This document shows, piece after piece, positions 50,650 through 62,033 of a stretch of 64,000 nt of DNA (its first letter is position 1; each line of letters begins with the position of its first letter). A program made the translations under genes and the position numbers. Source of the stretch: Nitrospirota bacterium (GTDB taxonomy: Bacteria > Nitrospirota > Thermodesulfovibrionia > Thermodesulfovibrionales > Dissulfurispiraceae); the NCBI GenBank assembly GCA_040758355.1, contig JBFLWF010000008.1, forward strand, positions 34,494-98,493, written 5' to 3'. Under the pieces are notes generated by a model that worked only from the letters and a program-made list of their open reading frames with translations, searched no databases and had not been told where the DNA came from.

Positions 50650-52708
50650 TTTTAAAAAACTCTATGGTGTTTTTGTCGATGAGGCCATGGAGAGGCTCGC
50701 AGAGTTTGAGGACGGGCTCTTACGGCTCGAAAAATCTCCTGATGACAAAGACCTGATTAATACCATTTTCAGGGCTGCGCATACAATAAAAGGCTCAAGC
50801 GGAAGCATAGGGCTGAAGGATATTTCGAGTTTTACACATGTTATGGAGGAGATACTCGATATGGTGCGCCAGGATAGTCTAAGCGCAGGCAAGGATTTAA
50901 TCAATGTCATGCTCGAGGCATCGGACATGATAAAGGAGATGGTTGGATGCGTGGCATCGGAAACGGCCTTTGATTTCAACAGATGCACGGATTTAATAAG
51001 GCGGATGGAAGAGTTAAAACAGGGTCAAGACAAAACTTCCGGACTCAAAACATTTAAGATTATATTCATCCCTGCTCCCGACCTCTTCAGGAGGGGCATA
51101 GACCCTTCCATCGTAATAGATGATCTGAGAAGCATCGGCGAGATTGCGAGCATTAAGTGCCATACGGATGCTGTCCCGGTACTTTCGGATATGAACCCCG
51201 AAAACCTATATCTCAAGTGGGACATACAGCTTAAAACAAACAGAGACGAGTCGGAAATAAGGAATGTATTTGAGTTTGTGGAAGAAGGGAGTGAGATAAA
51301 GATATTTCCTGCGAACACGCATGAGTACGAAAAGTATATGGCGCCTTTAGGCAGGATGCTCGTGGATGAAGGCGTTGTCAGGGCGGAGGATGTTGAAAAT
51401 GCACTGAAGAGCCAAAAAAAATTGGGGGAAATACTCGTGGAACAGGGTAAGGTCTCTCCAAACGATGTGGAGAAGGTGATCGAAAAGCAGAGGGGCATGA
51501 AGATAGAATCTTTCAAAAACGCCGTGTCATCGACTATCAGGGTGGACTTGAAAAAACTCGACCACCTCATAAACATCGTCGGGGAAATGGTGATAATACA
51601 CTCGATGTTTCAACAGGCTATCCATCACAATGGGCAAGGCAATGGAGGCAATGCAACTGCAGAAAGACTCGATGCCCTGTTATCACAGTTGCAAAGGATA
51701 GGCAGCGATATTCAGGAAAGCGCAATGTCTTTGAGGATGCTGCCTGTGGGAGAGGTCTTCCAGAGATTCACAAGGCTTGTAAGAGAGCTTTCAGCATCAA
51801 AAAACAAAAACATAGAACTTGTTATTACAGGAGAGGATACAGAACTCGATAAAGGAGTTCTCGAAAAGATAGCAGACCCCCTGGTGCATCTGATACGCAA
51901 CTCTATAGACCACGGGATCGAGACGCCCGAAGAAAGACTGCCTAAAGGCAAACCTGCAAATGGGACTATTCATCTGAGCGCCTATCAGATGGGAGACTCT
52001 GTTTACATAGATGTAGAGGATGACGGAAGAGGACTGAATAAAGAAAAGATAATTGAAAAGGCTGTTTCAAAGGGGATAATAAGTTCAGGGTCCGGCCTTG
52101 CAGACGATCATATATTCAACCTCATTTTCATGCCCGGCTTCTCAACTGCCGAGAGCGTAACCGACATCTCGGGGCGGGGTGTAGGCATGGATGTGGTCAA
52201 GAAGAATATAGAATCCCTTAACGGAAGGGTCTATATACGCACAGAGCAGGATGCAGGAACCACTATATCAATTAAACTCCCTCTGACCCTCGCAATAATA
52301 GACGGTCTCACATTACTCGTTGGCGAAGAGGTTTTTGCAATACCGATAACATCTGTTGTCGAGTCGCTCAGGCCGAACAGGATGGATGTCAAGTCGCTTA
52401 ATGAAAAGGGAGAGGTGATAAATGTAAGGGGCGAATATATTCCGTTGATGCGACTCTATGAGATTTTAGGCATAACCTCGTGGAAGAAAGACCCGTGGGA
52501 TGCGATTGTGATAGTTACAATGCATGAAGGCAGGAAATACGGCCTTCTGGCTGATGAGCTTATGGGTGAGCAGCAGATTGTTATAAAGAATCTTGGATCT
52601 GCAACGCCCAGGGTTAGCGGCATAGGAGGAGGAACAATACTCGGGGACGGCAGGGTGGCGCTGGTTTTAGATGTGCCGGGGATTGTAGAAACGGTAAAAA
52701 GACAGTAA
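50642..52708 (+). CDS. cheA: Chemotaxis histidine kinase CheA
   Basis: FRAAHTIKG, HLIRNSIDHGIE, PGFSTA, GRGVGMDVV, CheW-like C-terminus. Confidence 0.96.
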   Translation: MVDFKKLYGVFVDEAMERLAEFEDGLLRLEKSPDDKDLINTIFRAAHTIKGSSGSIGLKDISSFTHVMEEILDMVRQDSLSAGKDLINVMLEASDMIKEMVGCVASETAFDFNRCTDLIRRMEELKQGQDKTSGLKTFKIIFIPAPDLFRRGIDPSIVIDDLRSIGEIASIKCHTDAVPVLSDMNPENLYLKWDIQLKTNRDESEIRNVFEFVEEGSEIKIFPANTHEYEKYMAPLGRMLVDEGVVRAEDVENALKSQKKLGEILVEQGKVSPNDVEKVIEKQRGMKIESFKNAVSSTIRVDLKKLDHLINIVGEMVIIHSMFQQAIHHNGQGNGGNATAERLDALLSQLQRIGSDIQESAMSLRMLPVGEVFQRFTRLVRELSASKNKNIELVITGEDTELDKGVLEKIADPLVHLIRNSIDHGIETPEERLPKGKPANGTIHLSAYQMGDSVYIDVEDDGRGLNKEKIIEKAVSKGIISSGSGLADDHIFNLIFMPGFSTAESVTDISGRGVGMDVVKKNIESLNGRVYIRTEQDAGTTISIKLPLTLAIIDGLTLLVGEEVFAIPITSVVESLRPNRMDVKSLNEKGEVINVRGEYIPLMRLYEILGITSWKKDPWDAIVIVTMHEGRKYGLLADELMGEQQIVIKNLGSATPRVSGIGGGTILGDGRVALVLDVPGIVETVKRQ

Positions 52709-52799
52709 TGAGTAATGCGTGATGAGTAATCGGTAACCGGCATGAAAGTTTTTGACCCATTACGCATTACGGATTACGCATCACGCAAAGGAGGTCTTT

Positions 52800-53306
52800 A
52801 TGACGCAGGCATTGGCAGAAAGGGAAACAGGAACCCGTTCAGAAGGTCAGGAGTATGTGACTTTCGGTCTTAATGACGAAGAGTATGCCTTTGATGCCCT
52901 GAATGTAAGGGAGATCATCGAATTCGGCAATGTCACAAAGGTTCCCCATCTCCCTGATTTTTTCAAAGGCGTTATTAATCTTCGGGGCACGATAATCCCT
53001 GTTGTCGATCTGAAGCAGAAATTCGGGATGGAATCCGGAAACCATCAGAAGCACACATGCGTAATCGTCACAGAGTTTTCAAAGGGCGTAATGGGGGTTA
53101 TTGTGGATGCCGTATCCGATGTAATGTATTTGCCAGATGAATCCATCTCATCCACGCCGTCCTTCGGGACAAAGATAAGGACAGATTTCATCAAGGGCAT
53201 GGGTAAGGTAGGAGACAGGCTGGTGCTTGTTCTTGATGTTGATAAAGTCCTCACAGAGGAAGAGGCATTAATGGTGAGTGAACAGTTAACAGTGAACAGT
53301 GAATAG
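52800..53306 (+). CDS. cheW: CheW
   Basis: GVINLRG.IIPVVDL, GVIVDAV; GGAGG RBS before 52800. Confidence 0.93.
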   Translation: MTQALAERETGTRSEGQEYVTFGLNDEEYAFDALNVREIIEFGNVTKVPHLPDFFKGVINLRGTIIPVVDLKQKFGMESGNHQKHTCVIVTEFSKGVMGVIVDAVSDVMYLPDESISSTPSFGTKIRTDFIKGMGKVGDRLVLVLDVDKVLTEEEALMVSEQLTVNSE

Positions 53307-53374
53307 TGAATAGTGAACAGTTTTTAACTGAATACTGTTTACTAACGACTATTCACTAAAAAAGGAGGCTTATC

Positions 53375-55087
53375 ATGAGGATGACGATTTCAAAGAAACT
53401 TTATTTTGGCATAGGGGTGTTGGCAGTGGTGCTCATCGGACTTGCCGTGTTTTTCCAGGCCAATATAAAAAGCACAAAGGCAAGTCTTACAGATGTTCAG
53501 GCATATCCTGAGCTTCAGGCGCTCCTCGGCTCTGTAACTATAGATCACTTTAAATGGGCAGAGGGGCTTGCTGTAGGCACTATCATGCTTGGCAAGGAAT
53601 TTAAAGGACAGATAGACCACACCCAGTGTAATTTAGGCAAGTGGTATTACGGCTTTAAGCCGCCCAGAGAACTGGAAGATGCGTTCAGGAAAATAGAAGA
53701 CCCTCACAAGAAATTCCATGCAACTGCTCCGAAAATAATCGCTTTAATAAAAGAAAAGAATGTGGATGCTGCAAGAAGAGTTTATGAAGAAGATACAAAG
53801 CCCAACCTAATAGCGACCCAAGAAGCATTAACTGAAATGAGGCTCGGCGTTAAGAAGCTGATAGACAGGGATATAGCAGGCATGAAGTCCGGGCAGGACA
53901 GAATGGGTATGACATCCCTGATTGTCTATGCTGTTATTTTAGGCTCGTTCATTACAGGCTCGGCGCTGTTCCTTGCGAGACCTATCAAAAGAGGTCTTGG
54001 AACCGTTTCTGATTGGGTGCACACAATGTCCACAGGCGATCTCACAAAAGAGGCGCATATAAGAACAAATGACGAAATAGGCGACACAGCATCGGGTCTT
54101 AAGGATATGGTCGGGAAGGTGAAGAAGGTCATAGCCCAGACCATAGAGGCGTCTAATCAGGTATCTGTAGCAGCAGACCAGATAGCAGAGGCAAATCAGA
54201 ACTTTTCACAGAGGATAACAGAGCAGGCAGCCTCTGTTGAAGAGACATCGTCCACTATGGAGGAAATGTCCGCATCAATAAGGCAGACGGCAGATAACGC
54301 AAGAGAGGCGAACAAGCTTTCACAGGCAGCAAAGACCTCTGCGGAATCTGGCATTAAGGCGATGGGCGATACGATTAATGCGATGGACGAGATAAACAAA
54401 TCATCAAGCAAGATAGCAAACATATCGAATGTTATAGAGGAGATAGCATTCCAGACAAACCTCCTTGCATTGAATGCAGCGGTTGAGGCAGCAAGGGCAG
54501 GAGAACACGGCAAGGGTTTTGCGGTTGTGGCATCCGAAATCAGGAATCTTGCCCAGAGGGCATCGCAGTCTGCAAAAGAGATAACGAGTCTTATAGAAGA
54601 CAGTGTGGATAAGACAGGAAAGGGAGTGCAGCTTGCGCAGGATCTGAACAAAAAGCTTGAGGAGATAAGCATCGGCGTAAAAAAGGTGGCTGATTTGATG
54701 GATGAAGTTGCAGCATCGGCCCAGGAGCAGGCATCTGGAATAAATCAGGTCAACACTTCAGTAACACAGATAGACCAGATGACACAGCAGAATGCAGCCC
54801 TTGTTGAAGAGACATCGGCATCTGCTGAGGAGTTGGCATCTCAGGCAAAGGAATTGATGAATCTGATCTCATTCTTTAAGGTTGATGAGGCGTTTGCTGT
54901 AGAAAGGGAGGCAAAGGGGAAAGGCGGAAGTATTAGTCCTGTAAAAAAGACGATTCAACATTTAGAGCCGAAAAGGGCAGCAAAAGCGTCACAGCCTGTT
55001 TTAGCCCATGCTTCAGCCGCTCCACGCAGGGGAGTAGTTTCTGCAGAAGCAGAAGGAAAATCAAATGGAGGCTTTGAAGAGTTTTAA
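53375..55087 (+). CDS. MCP with CZB domain between two TM helices, HAMP
   Basis: [37 protein letters not shown]. Confidence 0.9.
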   Translation: MRMTISKKLYFGIGVLAVVLIGLAVFFQANIKSTKASLTDVQAYPELQALLGSVTIDHFKWAEGLAVGTIMLGKEFKGQIDHTQCNLGKWYYGFKPPRELEDAFRKIEDPHKKFHATAPKIIALIKEKNVDAARRVYEEDTKPNLIATQEALTEMRLGVKKLIDRDIAGMKSGQDRMGMTSLIVYAVILGSFITGSALFLARPIKRGLGTVSDWVHTMSTGDLTKEAHIRTNDEIGDTASGLKDMVGKVKKVIAQTIEASNQVSVAADQIAEANQNFSQRITEQAASVEETSSTMEEMSASIRQTADNAREANKLSQAAKTSAESGIKAMGDTINAMDEINKSSSKIANISNVIEEIAFQTNLLALNAAVEAARAGEHGKGFAVVASEIRNLAQRASQSAKEITSLIEDSVDKTGKGVQLAQDLNKKLEEISIGVKKVADLMDEVAASAQEQASGINQVNTSVTQIDQMTQQNAALVEETSASAEELASQAKELMNLISFFKVDEAFAVEREAKGKGGSISPVKKTIQHLEPKRAAKASQPVLAHASAAPRRGVVSAEAEGKSNGGFEEF

Positions 55088-55931
55088 AGCACAAGGGGGA
55101 CAAAGTCCCCCTTGTGAAATCCCCCTGAGCGATGAGGTTTTTGGATTGTTTCAGAATCTGATATACACAACCGCGGGGATAAGACTCAGCAGTCAGAAAA
55201 AAGGCCTTCTTTCATCGCGGTTTTTAAAGAGGCTGAAGAAATTAGGCATCGATAGCCTTCATGAATATTACAGAAAGGTAAAGGATGACAACGACGAACT
55301 GGTGGAGATGCTTAACTGCATCTCCACCAACACCACGCATTTCTTCAGGGAGAGCCACCATTTCGAATACCTGAAGAACAAGGTCATACCGGAACTGTTG
55401 AGAATAAAGTCTTCCGAGAAGACCATAAGGATATGGAGCGCAGGCTGCTCAACAGGAGAAGAGCCCTACTCAATTGCGATCACATTGCGTGAGGCATTAG
55501 GCGATATGCGCGGATGGGATATAAAGGTTCTTGCCACAGATATATCTACAAAGGTATTGGATGCAGCCCAGAGAGGGATCTATGAATATGAAGCTGTTTC
55601 GGACATGCCTGAAGGCGTTGTGCGCAGATATTTTTTAAAAGGCGCAGGAGAGAACATCGGAAAGGTAAAAGTCAGGGATTTTTTGAAAGACATGATAAGA
55701 TTCAGGAGGCTGAACCTCAAAGACGGGGCATATCCTTTTAAGAGAAAGTTCGACGTTATATTCTGCAGGAATGTAATGATATATTTCGATGAGAGCATGA
55801 AACAGCATGTGCTTTCGATGTTTCACAGGCATCTGTCCGACAGCGGCCATCTTTTTTTAGGGCACTCGGAAACCATGCTCGGCAGCAATGGATTTAAACC
55901 TGTTTTTATAACTGTGTACAAAAAAATATAA
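55065..55931 (+). CDS. cheR: Chemotaxis methyltransferase CheR
   Basis: [33 protein letters not shown]. Confidence 0.95.
   Translation: MEALKSFKAQGGQSPPCEIPLSDEVFGLFQNLIYTTAGIRLSSQKKGLLSSRFLKRLKKLGIDSLHEYYRKVKDDNDELVEMLNCISTNTTHFFRESHHFEYLKNKVIPELLRIKSSEKTIRIWSAGCSTGEEPYSIAITLREALGDMRGWDIKVLATDISTKVLDAAQRGIYEYEAVSDMPEGVVRRYFLKGAGENIGKVKVRDFLKDMIRFRRLNLKDGAYPFKRKFDVIFCRNVMIYFDESMKQHVLSMFHRHLSDSGHLFLGHSETMLGSNGFKPVFITVYKKI
55090..55126 (-). repeat. 37-bp REP-like hairpin, copy C (in cheR 5' end)
   Basis: CACAAGGGGGAC-AAA-GTCCCCCTTGTG-AAATCCCCCT; tail inverted relative to copy B. Confidence 0.8.
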
Positions 55932-56034
55932 CCGTAAGTTAAGCGATTTTGTGCATGTCAGGCACGGCTCAAAGACTCCTCTTTTCGCCGCACCTGACAT
56001 GCATTTTAAACGTAAGAATCGCTCAATTTAGCTT
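55930..56034 (+). repeat. Nested-palindrome dispersed element, copy 3 (between cheR and cheD)
   Basis: TGCATGTCAGG...CCTGACATGCA stem; outer AGTTAAGCGATT/AATCGCTCAATT. Confidence 0.85.
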
Positions 56035-56039
56035 GAATT

Positions 56040-56513
56040 ATGAGAAAGATAACGCTCAATATTGGCGATATAGTGGTTTGCAGAGAGCCGGCTGTACTGG
56101 AGACCGTCCTCGGCTCCTGCGTATCTGTATGCCTCTATGATGAATCTTCAAAGGTTGGCGGGATGAATCATTTTTTAGTTCCTTATGTTATGTCAGGGTT
56201 GAAAAATCCTGCTTATTCTGGACAGGAATCAATAAAAAGATTGGTTGAAGACTTCACCGTGACCGGAGCCAATCCTTCATACATCAAGGCAAAGGTATTC
56301 GGTGGAGGCAGGGTGATAAAGGGCATAGGCGAAAACCTCGATGTTGGCGTAGAGAATGTCAAAATAGCGAGGGAGATGTTGAAGAGATATGGCATTATAA
56401 TTGTAAAAGAACTCGTGTGCCCTGACTATGCTGTAAAGGTAGTTTTCTATACTGCAACAGGACGGGTGTTTGTAAGAAAACTTAAGGATGAAGAAGATGA
56501 TCTCAGGCAGTAA
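56040..56513 (+). CDS. cheD: Chemoreceptor glutamine deamidase CheD
   Basis: T.LGSCVSVCL, GGMNHF, AKVFGG. Confidence 0.9.
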   Translation: MRKITLNIGDIVVCREPAVLETVLGSCVSVCLYDESSKVGGMNHFLVPYVMSGLKNPAYSGQESIKRLVEDFTVTGANPSYIKAKVFGGGRVIKGIGENLDVGVENVKIAREMLKRYGIIIVKELVCPDYAVKVVFYTATGRVFVRKLKDEEDDLRQ

Positions 56514-57582
56514 GACCAGGGTTTTGGTGATAGACGACTCGGCAGTTATAAGACATCTGCTGACAGAGATATTGAATCAGGCAGATGATATCGAGGTTGT
56601 CGGAACTGCTCAGGATCCTATTTTTGCAAAGAACAAGGTCAGGGATTTGAGACCCGATGTAATCACCCTCGATGTGGAAATGCCGAGGATGGACGGCCTC
56701 TCATTTCTGGAAGAACTGATGAAGACCGATCCCATCCCTGTTGTTATGGTGAGCGCATTAACACAGAAGGGATGCGAGACAACACTGAGGGCGCTTGAGC
56801 TTGGGGCTATCGATTATATAACAAAGCCGTCCATCGATGTATCAAGCGGAGTTATCAACCTCGGTGACGAGATTATTAAAAAAGTGAGGCTTGCTGCAAA
56901 GGCAAAAGTTAGGTCTAAGGCCCAAGGGACAAGGTTCAAGGAACAAATGCAAATTGAAAAAAGTCAAAGACTGCACGACGCTGGACGCTTGACGCTTGAC
57001 ACTTCACGGATGGCTACTACCGACAAGATAATTGCCATAGGGGCATCGACAGGAGGAACACAGGCGATCACCGAGATAATAACCGCACTGCCTGAATCGA
57101 CACCGGGGACTGTTATAGTCCAGCATATGCCTCCGGTTTTCACCGGTTCTTTTGCAGAAAGGCTGAATTCCATATCGAGGATTGACGTGAAAGAGGCGGT
57201 TTCAGGAGACAGGGTCTTGAGAGGCACTGCATTGATAGCACCGGGGAATCACCACATGACAGTAAAAAGGAACGGCGCAATGTATTATGTGGATATTATT
57301 GACGGCCCAATGGTTAATTTTGTTAGGCCTTCTGTGGATGTGCTTTTCAGGTCAGTAGCAAAATATGCAGGCAGAAATGCCGTAGGCGTCATTCTGACGG
57401 GCATGGGTGAAGACGGTGCAAGGGGAATGCTCGAAATGAAAGAGGCAGGGGCATTTACCATAGCCCAGGATGAGGCGTCTTCCGTTGTATTCGGCATGCC
57501 AAAAAAGGCGATAGAAATGGGTGCGGTGGATAAAGTTGCTCCGCTTGATGAAATACCTTATTTATTAGTGAATAGTCGTTAG
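56488..57582 (+). CDS. cheB: Chemotaxis methylesterase CheB
   Basis: REC plus IGASTGG, QHMP, PSVDVLF, LTGMG.DG. Confidence 0.96.
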   Translation: MKKMISGSKTRVLVIDDSAVIRHLLTEILNQADDIEVVGTAQDPIFAKNKVRDLRPDVITLDVEMPRMDGLSFLEELMKTDPIPVVMVSALTQKGCETTLRALELGAIDYITKPSIDVSSGVINLGDEIIKKVRLAAKAKVRSKAQGTRFKEQMQIEKSQRLHDAGRLTLDTSRMATTDKIIAIGASTGGTQAITEIITALPESTPGTVIVQHMPPVFTGSFAERLNSISRIDVKEAVSGDRVLRGTALIAPGNHHMTVKRNGAMYYVDIIDGPMVNFVRPSVDVLFRSVAKYAGRNAVGVILTGMGEDGARGMLEMKEAGAFTIAQDEASSVVFGMPKKAIEMGAVDKVAPLDEIPYLLVNSR

Positions 57583-57623
57583 TGAATAGAAACTTCCTTA
57601 TAAAACTAAATACTGTTCACTAT

Positions 57624-58295
57624 TCACTGTTCACTGCCTTCCGGCAGTGCCATGTGTCTTATAATCTTTCCGGCCACAAGGTATATAACCATTTCAGCAA
57701 TATTTGTGGCATGGTCAGCGATCCTTTCGAGGTACTGTGCAACAAAGCTTATCTTCATTGCCCTGTATACGGTATTGGGATCCCTTATCATAAAGGAGAT
57801 CAGTTCTTCAAGTATCCCGTATTTCAGGTCATCTACTTCGTCATCCCTCATTATCACATCCATTGCAAGCTTCTTGTCCCTGCGCACAAATGCGTCAAGG
57901 GCGTCCCTCGTCATTCCCTGTGCTATCTGGCTCATGTGGGGGATATCAATATAGGGCTTCAGGATGGGTTCCCTGTTGAGCTCCAAAGCCCTTTCTGCGA
58001 TGTTTACGGAATTGTCTCCCATCCTTTCAAGGTCTGTGGTTATCTTCATGGCAGTTGTTATGAACCTCAAATCCCCTGCCATGGGCTGCATTAATGCTAT
58101 AAGTCTGATGCATTCCTCATCTATCTGCACATCAAGGGTATTTATCTGATGATCCCTTTCTATGACACTTTTAGCCAGTTCGTCATCCCTCTCCACAAGG
58201 GACCTTACCGAATCTTTAATGGAACTCTCCACCATTGCACCCATCTTAAGGACCATCTCTTTGAGGTGCATTAACTCTTCATCAAATCTGGTCAT
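57624..58295 (-). CDS. phoU: Phosphate signalling protein PhoU
   Basis: QP.A.DLR, DLERMGD, ERIADHATNIAE. Confidence 0.95.
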   Translation of the reverse strand: MTRFDEELMHLKEMVLKMGAMVESSIKDSVRSLVERDDELAKSVIERDHQINTLDVQIDEECIRLIALMQPMAGDLRFITTAMKITTDLERMGDNSVNIAERALELNREPILKPYIDIPHMSQIAQGMTRDALDAFVRRDKKLAMDVIMRDDEVDDLKYGILEELISFMIRDPNTVYRAMKISFVAQYLERIADHATNIAEMVIYLVAGKIIRHMALPEGSEQ

Positions 58296-59068
58296 TATCC
58301 GAACCTCCCTGTGATATAGTCCTCTGTAAGCTTTTCGGAGGGGGCTGTGAATATCTTATCGGTTTTATCAAACTCAATCAATTCCCCCAGCATCATAAAT
58401 CCCGTCCAGTCCGATATCCTTGCAGCCTGCTGCATGTTGTGGGTGACAATGAGTATGGTGACCTTTTTCTTTAATTCTATTACAAGCTCCTCTATCTTTG
58501 AAGTCGCAATGGGATCAAGGGCCGAGGTGGGTTCGTCGAAGAGTAGTATCTCCGGGTCTGTAGCAAGTGCTCTTGCAATACAGAGCCTCTGCTGCTGACC
58601 TCCTGAAAGGTCGAATGCAGAATTATTGAGCCTGTCCTTTACCTCGTCCCATAAAGCGGCACCCCTTAAAGATTTCTCCACCTTTTCATCCAGTACCTGC
58701 TTTCTGTTGATACCCCTCACCCTGAGACCATAGGCTACATTTTCGTATAAGGACTTCGGGAAGGGATTGGGCTTTTGGAAGACCATGCTTATGCGCATCC
58801 GTACTTCTATGGGGTCTACGGCGGACGATGTGATATTGATATTCTCCGGATACAGGAGGATCTCCCCTTCGTATCTGTTGTGGGGATAAAGGTCATGCAT
58901 CCTGTTAAAGCACCTGAGAAAGGTTGTCTTGCCGCATCCCGAAGGTCCTATGAGTGCTGTAACCTTATTCAGTTCTATGGGCATGTTGACATTTTTCAGT
59001 GCATGCACATCGCCGTAGTAAAAGTTGAGATTCTTTGATTCTGATTTCAGCCTGTTCTTCTCTACCAT
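58295..59068 (-). CDS. pstB: Phosphate ABC transporter ATPase
   Basis: [38 protein letters not shown]. Confidence 0.97.
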   Translation of the reverse strand: MVEKNRLKSESKNLNFYYGDVHALKNVNMPIELNKVTALIGPSGCGKTTFLRCFNRMHDLYPHNRYEGEILLYPENINITSSAVDPIEVRMRISMVFQKPNPFPKSLYENVAYGLRVRGINRKQVLDEKVEKSLRGAALWDEVKDRLNNSAFDLSGGQQQRLCIARALATDPEILLFDEPTSALDPIATSKIEELVIELKKKVTILIVTHNMQQAARISDWTGFMMLGELIEFDKTDKIFTAPSEKLTEDYITGRFG

Positions 59069-59970
59069 TTTATCTTCTTCCTTGTTTTGTATCTAATATA
59101 AATCGCGATAGCATTCATAATCAATGTCATTATGAGGAGTAATATGCTTGCTGCGGCAGCATTGAGATGGAACTCCTGCTGGGGTCTCGATACCCAGTTG
59201 AATATTTGTATGGGCATAACAGTAAATGGGTCCATGAGCCATTTAAAAGATATGAATGGAAACTCTGATGATATGGGAGAGGTCGGGAGAAAGGCTATAA
59301 ATGTTAAAGCCCCTACAGTTATTATCGGGGCTGTTTCTCCGATGGCCCTTGAAAGTCCGATGATTATTCCTGTAAGAATCCCTCCGATGGAGTAGGGGAT
59401 TATGTGCCACTGCACGGTCTGCCATTTCGTCGCGCCAAGGGCGTAGGATGCCTCTCTTATTGAGCCGGGGATTGCCCTTATGGCCTCCCTTGTTGCTATT
59501 ATGACCATGGGGAGGATTAAGAGTGAAAGGGCAAGACCTCCGGTAAGTATGCTTTCGCCGAATTTAAAGAAATAGACGAATAGACCCAGTGCAAGGAGTC
59601 CGTATACTATGGAAGGGACGCCTGCTAAATTAGAGATGTTGATCTCTATGACATCTGTCAGCCAGTTTTTCTTTGCGTACTCTTCAAGATATATGCCTGC
59701 TGCGATGCCGAGGGGGATTGCGGCAAATGCTGTAACAAGCATGACAAGGAATGTCCCCACCCATGCAGAAAGTATCCCTGCCTCCTCAGGAAACCTTGAT
59801 GGAAATGATGTGAGGAACTTGGAGCTTAACCTCGGTGCACCATCTATGAATAAATCCACAAAGAGGGTAAAAAGGAGGACAAGTCCAACGAGTGTTGACA
59901 AAAGCCCTATAATCCAGAATATATAATCCCAGAACTTGGTAACCCTTATTCTTTTTTTAATGTCTTCCAT
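59062..59970 (-). CDS. pstA: Phosphate ABC transporter permease PstA
   Basis: [30 protein letters not shown]. Confidence 0.95.
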   Translation of the reverse strand: MEDIKKRIRVTKFWDYIFWIIGLLSTLVGLVLLFTLFVDLFIDGAPRLSSKFLTSFPSRFPEEAGILSAWVGTFLVMLVTAFAAIPLGIAAGIYLEEYAKKNWLTDVIEINISNLAGVPSIVYGLLALGLFVYFFKFGESILTGGLALSLLILPMVIIATREAIRAIPGSIREASYALGATKWQTVQWHIIPYSIGGILTGIIIGLSRAIGETAPIITVGALTFIAFLPTSPISSEFPFISFKWLMDPFTVMPIQIFNWVSRPQQEFHLNAAAASILLLIMTLIMNAIAIYIRYKTRKKIKW

Positions 59971-60006
59971 AACTATTCACTAATCACTGTTCACTATTCA
60001 CTGTCT

Positions 60007-60897
60007 TTAATACGCTTCCCTTATCCTTTTTCTCAACCAGAATCCTATTATATTCAAAGTTAATGTCATTGTAAAAAGCACTATCCCTGCAGCGAATATG
60101 GTCTTATATTCGATTGTCCCGTGCGGCACATCTCCGAGGCTTACCTGAACAATGTATGCGGTCAGGGTTTGAACCGGTTCCGTTGGGTTCGCCGTAAAGT
60201 TCGGCATCATGCCTGCTGCTATTGCCACAACCATCGTCTCTCCGATTGCCCTCGATATGCCCATGATGAAGGCTGCTGCAATGCCGGAAAATGCGGCAGG
60301 TATAATGACCTTGAAGGCTGTCTGGAACTTTGTTGCGCCCATGGCATAAGAACCCTCCCTTATCTGCATGGGAACGGCCTTCATGGCATCTTCGCTCACT
60401 GAACTGACATAGGGGATTATCATTATCCCCATTATTATTCCGGGACTTAGGGCGTTGAATCCTGAAAGGTCCGGTATGATTTTCTGTAGAAAAGGTGTAA
60501 GGAAGAGGAGTGCAAAATATCCGTAAACTACTGTGGGAACAGCAGCCAGAAGCTCGAGTATGGGTTTTACTGTCTCCCTGAATTTATGGGGCGCATATTC
60601 GCTTAAATAGATGGCTGCTATCAGACCTAACGGCAGTGCCACCAATAATGCTATAGATGTGGTTAGAAGCGTGCCTGCAACGAGGGGTAGGATGCCGAAT
60701 TTTGGCTCTGCAAATAGGGGTGTCCATTGTGTCCCTGTCAGGAACTCTATTATCGGTATCTCCTTGAAAAATCCAAAGGACTCGTAAGAGAGGATAATAA
60801 CAATACTTGCTGTAATAAGTATAGAGGAAAGGGCGCTAAGAAACAGTATTGTTTCTATGGCACCTTCCGTGATTTTCTTTCTGAGGTTTCCTTTCAT
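60007..60897 (-). CDS. pstC: Phosphate ABC transporter permease PstC
   Basis: ELLAAVPTVVYG, SRAIGETM. Confidence 0.95.
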   Translation of the reverse strand: MKGNLRKKITEGAIETILFLSALSSILITASIVIILSYESFGFFKEIPIIEFLTGTQWTPLFAEPKFGILPLVAGTLLTTSIALLVALPLGLIAAIYLSEYAPHKFRETVKPILELLAAVPTVVYGYFALLFLTPFLQKIIPDLSGFNALSPGIIMGIMIIPYVSSVSEDAMKAVPMQIREGSYAMGATKFQTAFKVIIPAAFSGIAAAFIMGISRAIGETMVVAIAAGMMPNFTANPTEPVQTLTAYIVQVSLGDVPHGTIEYKTIFAAGIVLFTMTLTLNIIGFWLRKRIREAY

Positions 60898-60921
60898 AAA
60901 CAAAATATTATCCAGTTTTTT

Positions 60922-60960
60922 TGTTACATGAATGTTACAACAATGTTACAAATATGTTAA
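60922..60960 (-). promoter_or_regulatory. Pho-box-like direct repeats upstream of pstC
   Basis: TGTTAC/TGTTAA at 60922, 60933, 60944, 60955 (11-bp period). Confidence 0.75.
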
Positions 60961-60975
60961 AGACTTAAGAGAATA

Positions 60976-61004
60976 GAAAAGGGCGTCAATATGACGCCCT
61001 TTTC
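60976..61004. terminator. Intrinsic terminator after pstS
   Basis: GAAAAGGGCGTCA-ATA-TGACGCCCTTTTC. Confidence 0.8.
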
Positions 61005-61025
61005 TTGAGGTTTTTTAAAGAGGTC

Positions 61026-62033
61026 TTATTTCTTTTTCTCCTCTAATTTAAGCAGGTCTTCTATTTTAACGCCAACCTCTGCTTCGCCTCCGAACATTGT
61101 TCCCGTCTTTCTCTTTTCGAATCTCTCCTCTGCGAGTTTATAGGCCTTTGCAGGAAGCGGAACGTATTTCACCTGCTTGACGAGCTTTGCTGCGTTCTTC
61201 AGATAGTACTCCACGAACTCCTTAATTTCGGGTTTTTCTGCGGCTTTTTTACTCACATATATAAATATGGGTCTCGAAAGGGGCTGGTATGTACCGTCCA
61301 TAACGGTCTTTTCTGAAGGAATGACCTCTTTGCCGGTCTTAGGGTTGATTACAGGGACGAGTTTTAATTTGTTCTTGTTCTCTTCGTAGTATGCGAGACC
61401 GAAAAATCCGAGGGCATTTTTATCCCCTGCTATTCCCTGAACGAGCACATTGTCGTCCTCACTGGCTGTAAAATCGCCCCTTGAGGACTTGGCCTTCCCT
61501 GTGATAGCTTCTGTGAAATAGTCGTATGTGCCTGAGTCCACACCTGCTCCATAAAGCTTCAATGGTGCATCCGGCCATTCGGCTTTTACCTGATTCCACT
61601 TTGTAACCTTGCCCTGTGCAGCAGGTTCCCAAATTTTCTTGAGTTCATCCACTGTCATGGATTTTACCCAATTGTTTTTCGGATTCACCATAACTGCAAG
61701 ACCGTCATAGGCAACCGGAAGCTCTATATACTCGATGCCATGCTCCTTGCAAACATCCATCTCTTTTTTGAGTATGGGTCTTGATGCATCGGATATGTCT
61801 GTCTCACCCCTGCAGAACTTCTTGAATCCTCCACCGGTACCTGAAATGCCAACCGTTACTTTAACTTCTTTCTTTTTCAGTTTCTGAAATTCTTCAGCCA
61901 CAGCCTCGGTAATAGGATAGACAGTGCTTGAGCCGTCAATTTTTATAATCTTATCCGCTGCCATTGCCGGCATTGTAAAGGCCATCGACATGATCATGAG
62001 GGCAGTTAAGCCCGGAACAACTTTCTTAAACAT
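61026..62033 (-). CDS. pstS: Phosphate-binding protein PstS
   Basis: [34 protein letters not shown]. Confidence 0.95.
   Translation of the reverse strand: MFKKVVPGLTALMIMSMAFTMPAMAADKIIKIDGSSTVYPITEAVAEEFQKLKKKEVKVTVGISGTGGGFKKFCRGETDISDASRPILKKEMDVCKEHGIEYIELPVAYDGLAVMVNPKNNWVKSMTVDELKKIWEPAAQGKVTKWNQVKAEWPDAPLKLYGAGVDSGTYDYFTEAITGKAKSSRGDFTASEDDNVLVQGIAGDKNALGFFGLAYYEENKNKLKLVPVINPKTGKEVIPSEKTVMDGTYQPLSRPIFIYVSKKAAEKPEIKEFVEYYLKNAAKLVKQVKYVPLPAKAYKLAEERFEKRKTGTMFGGEAEVGVKIEDLLKLEEKKK

Noticed and set aside
52752..52799. CheW N-terminal extension MTHYALRITHH
   Set aside because: Translation of a heptamer array; GGAGG supports ATG 52800.
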